Shown here piece by piece: positions 17,926-24,981 of a stretch of 32,000 nucleotides of DNA (its first letter is position 1; each line of letters begins with the position of its first letter). The notes under the pieces were generated by a model. The model did not search any database, had not been told where the DNA came from, and was given only the letters and a program-made list of their open reading frames with translations. A program made the position numbers and the translations under genes. The DNA comes from Flavobacteriaceae bacterium. GTDB taxonomy: Bacteria > Bacteroidota > Bacteroidia > Flavobacteriales > Flavobacteriaceae. Location of the stretch: assembly GCA_965224465.1 (NCBI GenBank), contig OZ245049.1:1530001-1562000 (forward strand), given 5' to 3'.

Positions 17926-18519
17926 TTGAAAACAACACTCGCAAAATACATTCCAGAACACGCTTTAGACAAAGTGATTGCCCTAACAAAACTACACCCC
18001 ACTTATTTAAAAATAGTAGGAGAAAGAAAAACGAAATACGGGGATTTCAGAGTACTTCCTAATAAAAGCACCCAAATTACAATCAATCACAACCTAAATC
18101 AATATCAATTTTTATTCACTTTGATTCATGAGTTTGCACATTTAATTACCTATAAAAAATATGGACACGTACAACCGCATGGCGAGGAATGGAAACATTC
18201 CTTTCAACATTTAATGCTCCCTTTTTTAAATCTAGATGTATTTCCAGAAAAACTACTCCCCTATCTCGCACATCATTTAAAAAACCCAAAAGCAAGTACA
18301 GGGGCAGACGTCTATTTAACCTACGCCTTAAAGCAATACGACAAAGAAACTCCGTTAACTCAAGTATTTAAAATTCCAGAAAACAGTCATTTTATATTCA
18401 ATAAAGTAGTGTATTTACGAGGCAGAAAAAGAAGAACCCGCATAGAATGTATCAACCTACAAAACGAAGAAACGTATTTATTTAATTTAAATGCAGAGGT
18501 GTTTCCGATAAACCGATAG
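17926..18519 (+). CDS. SprT-like zinc metallopeptidase-domain protein, TTG start
   Basis: HEFAHL motif followed by HGEEW. 197 aa, starting 3 nt after the SDR stop. Confidence 0.55.
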   Translation: MKTTLAKYIPEHALDKVIALTKLHPTYLKIVGERKTKYGDFRVLPNKSTQITINHNLNQYQFLFTLIHEFAHLITYKKYGHVQPHGEEWKHSFQHLMLPFLNLDVFPEKLLPYLAHHLKNPKASTGADVYLTYALKQYDKETPLTQVFKIPENSHFIFNKVVYLRGRKRRTRIECINLQNEETYLFNLNAEVFPINR

Positions 18520-18602
18520 TTATAAGTATAAAATTAAGACTATTTTCAATTTTACAAAATGATTAGTATATTGTGATCAAATAGATCACAAAACAAGACT
18601 AC

Positions 18603-20009
18603 ATGACTGCAGAAACAAATCAAAAACCGTCCCCTCCAACTCAAAAAGAAGAATTAAAAGGAGCTTGGGATACCTTTAAGAAATTTGCCCGTGGTCTACT
18701 AGACATTCGTGAAGGAACAGACAAAAATGGCACTATCGAAGATATAAAAGGCAATATTTCTATCAAAGGACATACTGCTTGGGTACTTGTATTCTCTATC
18801 TTAATCGCCTCAATTGGGCTAAACGCTAATTCTACCGCAGTAGTTATCGGCGCCATGCTTATTTCTCCATTAATGGGACCTATTTTAGGTGTAGGACTAT
18901 CCATTGCCATTAACGATATAGATACACTTAGACGCTCTTTACAGAATTTAGGAGTTATGATAGGCCTGAGTCTACTCACCTCGTTCTTGTTCTTTCTAAT
19001 CCCCATTTTCAGAGATGAAACTTCCGAATTACTCGCAAGAACGTATCCCGATGTACGAGATGTTTTTATTGCCATTAGTGGTGGATTAGCACTCATTATT
19101 GCATTGAGCAGACGCCAACAGCAAACCAACACCATTGCCGGTGTAGCAATTGCTACCGCCTTAATGCCTCCTTTATGCACGGCAGGGTACGGGCTCGCTA
19201 CTTGGAATTTAGCCTATTTTGGAGGCGCCATGTTTTTATTCACCATCAATACAATATTTATTGCCTTAGCCACTTTTGCTATCACCAAATTTTTAGGGTT
19301 CCCAATGGTCAAGTATATCAATTCTTCCAAGAGAAGACGCATTGCTCAAACCGCTTCTTTTGTGGCTACAGTAATATTTGCAGGAAGCATTTGGATGTTC
19401 TATAATCTTTGGGGAGAAAACAGATTCAATCAAAATGCGCATCATTTAATTACAGAAATTAAAAATAGTGGCGTAAGTATCATTGACGAACAAGAAAAGC
19501 ACATTAATTACGAAGAGAAATCTATCAAACTGATTGTTTTTGGTGATAAATTAAAACAACAACAAATTAACACGTGGAATGAAAGGCTCGACGAATTTGG
19601 TTTGTCTGGAACACGCTTAAATTTCCATCAAGGCCGCGATGATTCTGACATTAGAAGTGACGTCCAAAACCTACGTGACCTCTATACCCAAAACCAAAAA
19701 ATAATCTCTAGCAGGGACGAATCTATCAAGCAGAAAGAAGAAAAAATACAACTTCTAGAAACAGAATTATCTAAACACTACGCAAAAGAAATTCCGTTTA
19801 TACAACTGAGTAAAGAAGCTCGAATAAACTATGAAGCCTTAGCTGGTTTAAGCTATGCTAACAGAATTAGTAACAACTTTAAAAAGATAGACACCATTAA
19901 AGTATTCAAAGCAATCTGGTACGACTCCATCCCTCATAAAAACCAACAATTAAAATTAAAAAAATGGTTGAAACAACGGTTAAAATTGGATAGCCTAATT
20001 GTAGAATAA
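18603..20009 (+). CDS. DUF389-family hydrophobic membrane protein with C-terminal soluble coiled-coil extension
   Basis: The TM-rich core with ISPLMGPILG and MPPLCTAGYGLA motifs is characteristic of DUF389/TIGR00341-type proteins. 468 aa. Confidence 0.6.
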   Translation: MTAETNQKPSPPTQKEELKGAWDTFKKFARGLLDIREGTDKNGTIEDIKGNISIKGHTAWVLVFSILIASIGLNANSTAVVIGAMLISPLMGPILGVGLSIAINDIDTLRRSLQNLGVMIGLSLLTSFLFFLIPIFRDETSELLARTYPDVRDVFIAISGGLALIIALSRRQQQTNTIAGVAIATALMPPLCTAGYGLATWNLAYFGGAMFLFTINTIFIALATFAITKFLGFPMVKYINSSKRRRIAQTASFVATVIFAGSIWMFYNLWGENRFNQNAHHLITEIKNSGVSIIDEQEKHINYEEKSIKLIVFGDKLKQQQINTWNERLDEFGLSGTRLNFHQGRDDSDIRSDVQNLRDLYTQNQKIISSRDESIKQKEEKIQLLETELSKHYAKEIPFIQLSKEARINYEALAGLSYANRISNNFKKIDTIKVFKAIWYDSIPHKNQQLKLKKWLKQRLKLDSLIVE

Positions 20010-20050
20010 CACCGCAAAGAGAGACAAACTAAAGAGATAAACTAGGACTA

Positions 20051-20210
20051 CTTATAATTACAATCCAAAATGACCGATATAAATAGTTTGTTCTATGCTC
20101 TATCGTTGTTAAAAAATAGAACGATAGCGAAGGCTATCCTTAGAATTTCCGCCTAGCTAGAACAAAAAATAATCCTATTTCTAAACCGTCACTTGGAAAC
20201 CCATTTCATA
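20051..20210 (+). repeat. R160 repeat, copy C (full length)
   Basis: TTATAATTACAATCCAAAATGACCGATATAAATAGTTTG...CGTTGTTAAAAAATAGAACGATAGCGAAGGCTATCCTTAGAATTTCCGCCTAGCTAGAACAAAAAATAATCCTATTTCTAAACCGTCACTTGGAAAC. Confidence 0.85.
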
Positions 20211-20226
20211 TTACTAGATATAAAAC

Positions 20227-20261
20227 AAAAAAAAAGCAACTCAAAAGAGTTGCTTTTTTTT
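20227..20261 (-). terminator. Terminator of tRNA-Lys copy 1 (bidirectional in form)
   Basis: GCAACTC / GAGTTGC stem with an AAAA loop, flanked by an A-run and a T-run. Confidence 0.7.
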
Positions 20262-20262
20262 G

Positions 20263-20335
20263 TGACCTGGCTGGGGCTCGAACCCAGGACCACCTCCTTA
20301 AAAGGGAGGTGCTCTACCAACTGAGCTACCAGGTC
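20263..20335 (-). tRNA. tRNA-Lys (anticodon UUU), copy 1
   Basis: The minus strand reads GACCTGG TA GCTC AGTTGGTA GAGC A CCTCC CTTTTAA GGAGG TGGTC CTGGG TTCGAGC CCCAG CCAGGTC A. This is a 73-nt cloverleaf with no encoded CCA. Confidence 0.9.
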
Positions 20336-20352
20336 TAATGCCTTAGCGGGTG

Positions 20353-20382
20353 CAAATATAAAGACTTATTTCGATTTCACAA
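20353..20382 (-). promoter_or_regulatory. tRNA-Lys copy 1 promoter (TTG-N19-TAtaTTTG)
   Basis: Plus-strand CAAATATA at 20353-20360 and CAA at 20380-20382. The -7 box lies 17 nt upstream of the mature 5' end. Confidence 0.65.
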
Positions 20383-20592
20383 GAAAAACATAGTAAGAAA
20401 TTTTACGATTTTTTAGGAGCAGAAACTTATAAAACATCACAGACTTATTTTCAGTCTCTTAGACCCAAAAACAAATCTATAACCGACGTAAAATAATCGG
20501 TTAAAAAAAAAGAGAACCCCATAAAACTACACCTCATGGACAAAACATATTAAGGAATATTGTGTTTTTTATTCTTCTCGAATTTAGGTAGC

Positions 20593-20754
20593 ATTCAATT
20601 ACAATCCAAAACAACAGCTATAAATAGTTTATTATAGGTCCTAGCGTTGTTGAAAAATGGAAGAATAACTAAAGCTATCCTTCCATTTTTTGCTTCGCTA
20701 AAACAAAAAAAATAATTACATTTCTAAACAGTCACTTGAAAAATGTACTTGGTA
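20593..20754 (+). repeat. R160 repeat, copy D (full length, diverged)
   Basis: ATTCAATTACAATCCAAAACAACAGCTATAAATAGTTT...CTAGCGTTGTTGAAAAATGG...GCTATCCTTCCATTTTTTGCTTCGCTAAAAC...TTTCTAAACAGTCACTTGAAAAATGTACTTGGTA. Confidence 0.8.
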
Positions 20755-20775
20755 AAAACAGTGGTTTTTTTACAT

Positions 20776-20807
20776 AAAAAAAACAACTCATATTGAGTTG
20801 CTTTTTT
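20776..20807 (-). terminator. Terminator of tRNA-Lys copy 2
   Basis: CAACTCA / TGAGTTG stem with a TAT loop, flanked by A- and T-runs. Confidence 0.65.
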
Positions 20808-20808
20808 G

Positions 20809-20881
20809 TGACCTGGCTGGGGCTCGAACCCAGGACCACCTCCTTAAAAGGGAGGTGCTCTACCAACTGAGCTACCAGGTC
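20809..20881 (-). tRNA. tRNA-Lys (anticodon UUU), copy 2
   Basis: Sequence identical to copy 1. Confidence 0.9.
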
Positions 20882-20898
20882 TAGTGCCTTAGCGGGTG

Positions 20899-20928
20899 CA
20901 AATATAAAGACTTTTTTGATTCTCACAA
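20899..20928 (-). promoter_or_regulatory. tRNA-Lys copy 2 promoter (TTG-N19-TAtaTTTG)
   Basis: CAAATATA at 20899-20906 and CAA at 20926-20928. Same architecture as copy 1. Confidence 0.65.
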
Positions 20929-21115
20929 GGAAAATACAACTGAAAATTCAACTTTTTTTAACCCTTAAAAAACCAATATATATGGCACGCTTACTGTCAG
21001 CATATTGCGCAACTAAGCCCTTCAAAATAACAGCAAGTATATTTAAACTATTTACACTCTTAACAACGCCCATATCCCCTTCGCTACTTTTTATTAATAG
21101 CTCATAAAACTTAGT

Positions 21116-21232
21116 ACACCAATTACAATCCAAAATAACCGATATAAATAGTTTGTTTTACCTTCTAGCATTGTTTAAAAACAGAACGATAGCCTAGCCA
21201 TCCTTCCATTTTCCACCTAGTTAGAACAAAAC
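21116..21232 (+). repeat. R160 repeat, copy E (3' module missing)
   Basis: ACACCAATTACAATCCAAAATAACCGATATAAATAGTTTG...CTAGCATTGTTTAAAAACAGAACGATAGCCTAGCCATCCTTCCATTTTCCACCTAGTTAGAAC. Confidence 0.8.
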
Positions 21233-21274
21233 ACCTTTAACGTTTCTACCTTTATGGACTCCTTATACCTATGC

Positions 21275-21799
21275 TTATTTTTTAAAAATAACTGGATGGT
21301 AATTTTCAATAAAGTGAGAAACCACTTTTGAACTCACAAAATCTGGGTATGACATAAGTAGTAATTGCAACGGAGAAGCATCTTTGATAACTGGAGGTAT
21401 TTCATAATAATGCTGATTTAACTTAAAACCAATTCTCTCATAAAACTGTATCCTTCTTTTGTTCATACTAGAAACAGGAAGCTCCACCTCCAATAGAATA
21501 TCTGTATCATTCCCAGCTATAAACTTAGTAAGAATTAACTTCCCTAAACCTCGATTTCTATACTCAATTGACGTAGCAAAATGTTCGATATACTTACAGG
21601 TATCAAAATCCCACCATAAAATAAACCCTATAAATTGATTTTTATCAATTAAAACATCAAAATGATAATTGTCTTTTTTAAAAATACATTCTTGATCATC
21701 CAACAACCTTCGTTCCTCAATAGGAAAAGCATCCTCATAAAGCCGCCAAGCATTATAAAAATAAGTATCTGAAATATGTTTAAGTCTTATTTGTCTCAT
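21275..21799 (-). CDS. GNAT-family N-acetyltransferase
   Basis: 174 aa with the acetyl-CoA motif YRNRGLGKLIL and a conserved AFPIEERR N-terminal segment. Confidence 0.8.
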   Translation of the reverse strand: MRQIRLKHISDTYFYNAWRLYEDAFPIEERRLLDDQECIFKKDNYHFDVLIDKNQFIGFILWWDFDTCKYIEHFATSIEYRNRGLGKLILTKFIAGNDTDILLEVELPVSSMNKRRIQFYERIGFKLNQHYYEIPPVIKDASPLQLLLMSYPDFVSSKVVSHFIENYHPVIFKK

Positions 21800-21821
21800 T
21801 TATTTATTGCTTGACATATTA

Positions 21822-22147
21822 ATACCAATTACATCCCCAAATAACCGATATAAATAGTTTATTTTACGTTCTAGCGTTGTTAAAAAATAGAATGATAGCT
21901 ATGGCTATCCTTAGATTTTCCGCCTAGCTATAACACCAATTAAAATCCAAAATGACCTATATAAATAGTTTATTTTACGTTTTAGCGTTGTTAAAAAATA
22001 GAACGATAGCTATGGCTATCCTTAGATTTTCCGCCTAGCTATAACAAAAAATAATCCTATTTCTAAACCGTCACTTGGAAATTTAATTGGTATAACAAAA
22101 AATAATTCCATTTCTAAACCATCACTTGGAAATGTATTTGGTATAAC
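21822..22147 (+). repeat. Compound R160 locus: host copy F (21822-21934 plus 22097-22147) interrupted by complete copy G (21935-22096)
   Basis: F reads normally up to GCCTAGCTATAAC. A full element then follows (ACCAATTAAAATCCAAAATGACC...GGAAATTTAATTGGTATAAC), and F resumes with AAAAAATAATTCCATTTCTAAACCATCACTTGGAAATGTATTTGGTATAAC. Confidence 0.8.
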
Positions 22148-22346
22148 ACGATTAACGAAATATTAAATCAACAGCCTCGCCTCAAAGGAACAGGTATACT
22201 TCCGAAAGGATGTTTTTATTCCGAAACTGATTCCAAGAGAATAAAACCCTAAAAAAAGGATAAAATCACTGTCTTAGCACAACTAAAGTAAAGGTACTAA
22301 ATAAAAACAGTTTGTAAAACTATAAACCAATACGCCTTCTCAAAAC

Positions 22347-22382
22347 AAAAAAAAAGCAACTCTAAATGAGTTGCTTTTTTTT
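22347..22382 (-). terminator. Terminator of tRNA-Lys copy 3
   Basis: GCAACTC / GAGTTGC stem with a TAAAT loop, flanked by A- and T-runs. Confidence 0.7.
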
Positions 22383-22383
22383 G

Positions 22384-22456
22384 TGACCTGGCTGGGGCTC
22401 GAACCCAGGACCACCTCCTTAAAAGGGAGGTGCTCTACCAACTGAGCTACCAGGTC
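22384..22456 (-). tRNA. tRNA-Lys (anticodon UUU), copy 3
   Basis: Sequence identical to copies 1 and 2. Confidence 0.9.
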
Positions 22457-22473
22457 TAATGCCTTAGCGGGTG

Positions 22474-22503
22474 CAAATATAAGGACTTATTTCGATTACA
22501 CAA
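22474..22503 (-). promoter_or_regulatory. tRNA-Lys copy 3 promoter (TTG-N19-TAtaTTTG)
   Basis: CAAATATA at 22474-22481 and CAA at 22501-22503. It starts 12 nt after the stop of the ABC ATPase gene. Confidence 0.65.
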
Positions 22504-22514
22504 GGCTTTTAAAA

Positions 22515-23279
22515 TTAATTTTCATTTAAATATGCCTCTCTTACTTTCTTGAATAAATTGGACGAATACACAAAATCCACAATCGCTTCATTCTCAGTTT
22601 TAAACATCTCTTTATTGGTTCCTTCCCATGCCAAGATACCATTTTTTAGAAAAATTATCTTTTCGCCAATTTCCATTACAGAATTCATATCATGAGAATT
22701 TATGACGGTAATAATTTCGTATTCCTTAGTAATTTCCTGAATCAAATTATCAATAACAATGGCTGTCTGAGGATCCAATCCTGAATTAGGTTCATCACAA
22801 AATAAATATTTAGGATTCATTACAATTGCCCTTGCAATAGCCACACGTTTTTGCATCCCTCCAGAGAGTTCTGTAGGATATTTAGTACTGGCATTCGGTA
22901 AGTTTACACGCTCTAGGACTTCATTTACGCGGTATAACATTTCTTTAGGACTATCATTGGTAAACATTTTTAGAGGAAACATCACATTTTCTTCCACCGT
23001 CAAAGAGTCGTACAAAGCACTTCCTTGAAAAACCATACCTATCTCTTTTCTGAGCTGCCTACGTGATTTTATGGTCATATCTGTATGTTTACGACCATCA
23101 AAAGAAATCACCCCACCTTCAGGGACATGTAAACCAACAAGGCACTTTAAAAACACCGTTTTTCCAGAACCAGACTGACCAATAATCATATTGGTTTTTC
23201 CTTTTTCAAAAATGGTAGAAATACCTTTCAGTACCTCCGTATCATTAAACTTTTTAATTAAATTCGAAACTTCTATCAT
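22515..23279 (-). CDS. ABC transporter ATP-binding protein, MlaF-like
   Basis: Walker A GQSGSGKT, signature LSGGMQKR and Walker B LFCDEP. Adjacent to an MlaE-type permease. Confidence 0.85.
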   Translation of the reverse strand: MIEVSNLIKKFNDTEVLKGISTIFEKGKTNMIIGQSGSGKTVFLKCLVGLHVPEGGVISFDGRKHTDMTIKSRRQLRKEIGMVFQGSALYDSLTVEENVMFPLKMFTNDSPKEMLYRVNEVLERVNLPNASTKYPTELSGGMQKRVAIARAIVMNPKYLFCDEPNSGLDPQTAIVIDNLIQEITKEYEIITVINSHDMNSVMEIGEKIIFLKNGILAWEGTNKEMFKTENEAIVDFVYSSNLFKKVREAYLNEN

Positions 23280-23282
23280 AGT

Positions 23283-24023
23283 CTATCCTAAAAGCATTTG
23301 TGTTAAAAAATAATTCAGCATTACAATAATAACACTGGTCCAAACCACCGCTTGTGTACTTGCACGTCCAACCTCTAAAGAACCTCCTTTTACATAATAA
23401 CCATGGTAAGCAGGTACCGTAGCAATAACAAAAGCAAATACTAAAATTTTAATAATAGCATAAAACACAAAAAACGGATTAAAATCCAATTGAATTCCAT
23501 AAATATAATCTTCAGAAAAGAACAATCCTGTAAGTACTCCTGCGCAATATCCTCCAATAATACCTAAAAACATGGCAATTACAACCAATAAGGGGTAAAA
23601 AAACAAGACAGCTATAATTTTAGGTAACACTAAGTAATTTAAAGAATTAATCCCCATTACTTCCAAAGCATCAATCTGTTCGGTCACCCGCATTGTCCCC
23701 ATACTCGAAGTAATATACGATCCCACTTTACCTGCTAAAATAATAGCCATAAATGTAGGGGCAAACTCAAGAATAACAGAACGCTTAGTCGCAAAACCAA
23801 TCAAGTATTTTGGTATAAAAGGACTGTCTACATTCAATGCCGTTTGAATGGCTACAACACCACCTATAAAAAAAGAGATAAACACAACGATTCCCATAGA
23901 TTTTAATCCTAGATCTTCAATCTCTCTAAATAACATCTCGTTAAAGATTTTCCATTTTTGAGGTTTTTTAAATACTTGTTTCAGCATTAAGAAATACTTC
24001 CCAATGGATTCGAGGTAGTTCAT
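23283..24023 (-). CDS. ABC transporter permease, MlaE family
   Basis: 246-aa polytopic protein with an MlaE-like conserved core (TEQIDALEVMGINS). Confidence 0.8.
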   Translation of the reverse strand: MNYLESIGKYFLMLKQVFKKPQKWKIFNEMLFREIEDLGLKSMGIVVFISFFIGGVVAIQTALNVDSPFIPKYLIGFATKRSVILEFAPTFMAIILAGKVGSYITSSMGTMRVTEQIDALEVMGINSLNYLVLPKIIAVLFFYPLLVVIAMFLGIIGGYCAGVLTGLFFSEDYIYGIQLDFNPFFVFYAIIKILVFAFVIATVPAYHGYYVKGGSLEVGRASTQAVVWTSVIIVMLNYFLTQMLLG

Positions 24024-24151
24024 ATAATTGTTTTTTTGGCTAAAGTATTAAATTAAACGCTTGTTTTAAAGAAAACATATTTAATAAGTATCAAAAACTA
24101 ATTTCAAAATCCGTAATCAACACTTTTTTTCACTATTAAAAGAATACAATA

Positions 24152-24277
24152 ATAACAATTACAAACCAAAATGATCGATATAAATAGTGTGTTTTACGTT
24201 CTAGCGTTGTTAAAAAAGAAAAAGACAGCAAAGGCTATCCTTCCATTTTCTGCCTAGCTATAACAAAAAATAACTCC
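24152..24277 (+). repeat. R160 repeat, copy H (3' module missing)
   Basis: ATAACAATTACAAACCAAAATGATCGATATAAATAGTG...CTAGCGTTGTTAAAAAAG...GGCTATCCTTCCATTTTCTGCCTAGCTATAACAAAAAATAACTCC. Confidence 0.8.
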
Positions 24278-24442
24278 TCTGGTTGAATACACAACAAGAA
24301 ATAATTACCAACTACAAAGCTAAAATGCAATACTAATACTGTTAAAATAATGCCTTTTACTTTTTATTTTTGAATAAACTACTTACTTTTGCACCGTACA
24401 ATAATTGTTTTAACTGATCTAAATCAATTCATTACAAAACCT

Positions 24443-24976
24443 ATGAAAGAGCGACTACTTATTATTTCCGATTTATGGGGCTTTAAAAACACTCCTTGGC
24501 TACAGGAATACATCCGCTTATTATCTCCAAACTTTGAGCTCACTTTTTTTGACTCCAATAAAAACGCCCAAATCCCAAGCACCTTGACAAGCCAACTAGA
24601 TATTCATCAATACTTTACACAAAAAAAAGGATTGGAACATTCCGTTGTTCAATTACAAAAACAAGGCAACCAAAAAACAAGTATTCTTGCATTTAGCATT
24701 GGAGGCACCATTGCTTGGAAGGCCATACAAAAAGGATTCAAATTCAACACTTTTATTGCGGTATCTTCTACACGATTGCGACTCGAAAAAAAGAGACCCA
24801 GTGGTAACATAAAATTGTTTTTTGGAACTGAAGACAAATACGCCCCTACGAATGCTTGGTTTACAAAAAATAATATATCTTACACGCTTATTAAAGACAA
24901 AAAACATAATTTATACACCATACAGGACAGCATTCAAACGATCTGTTCATCTCTTATAAACGAAACAAATTATTAA
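24443..24976 (+). CDS. Alpha/beta-hydrolase-like protein (start moved to the ATG at 24443)
   Basis: G-x-S-x-G-like AFSIGG. A TActTTTG -7 box at 24384-24391 overlaps the TTG start proposed by the track at 24389, so the first ATG (MKERLLIISDLWG) is the likelier start. Confidence 0.5.
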   Translation: MKERLLIISDLWGFKNTPWLQEYIRLLSPNFELTFFDSNKNAQIPSTLTSQLDIHQYFTQKKGLEHSVVQLQKQGNQKTSILAFSIGGTIAWKAIQKGFKFNTFIAVSSTRLRLEKKRPSGNIKLFFGTEDKYAPTNAWFTKNNISYTLIKDKKHNLYTIQDSIQTICSSLINETNY

Positions 24977-24981
24977 CAATT

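Noticed and set aside
18641-19180. 179-aa minus-strand ORF, plus the 19175-19405 and 18189-18371 plus-strand ORFs.
   Set aside because: All lie inside or out of frame with the DUF389 and SprT-like genes. They have no motifs and are shadow ORFs.
20732-21133. ORFs 20732-20926, 20916-21107 and 20948-21133.
   Set aside because: The first is read straight through tRNA-Lys copy 2 and its terminator. The other two overlap each other in a promoter- and repeat-rich spacer and have low-complexity translations.
21275-21799. The GNAT acetyltransferase wedged between tRNA-Lys genes might have been a TacT/AtaT-type tRNA-acetylating toxin.
   Set aside because: There is no adjacent small RHH or DUF1778-type antitoxin ORF. 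The sequence looks like a generic housekeeping GNAT, and the association with the tRNA genes is better explained by the repeat-driven local structure.
20051-22147. The regularly recurring ~160-bp repeats might have been a CRISPR-like array.
   Set aside because: The repeats are far longer than CRISPR repeats and are diverged. They are irregularly spaced, separated by tRNA genes and a CDS, and scattered across the whole window in both orientations.
22167-22210. Similarity between ATCAACAGCCTCGCCTCAAAGGAACAGGTATACTTCCGAAAGGA and 26884-26925 (ATCAACCTCGCCACAAAAACACGAAGTATACTTCGATAGAAT), both near R160 ends.
   Set aside because: Identity is only about 70% over 45 nt. The relative orientation to the neighbouring R160 copies is inconsistent, and part of the match is an internal palindrome (GAAGTATACTTC). 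It is too weak to call a repeat family without a genome-wide search.
24389-24442. TTG-initiated N-terminal extension of the hydrolase ORF.
   Set aside because: A TActTTTG -7 box overlaps this TTG, so transcription probably starts downstream of it. The ATG at 24443 opens the conserved-looking MKERLLIISDLWG sequence.
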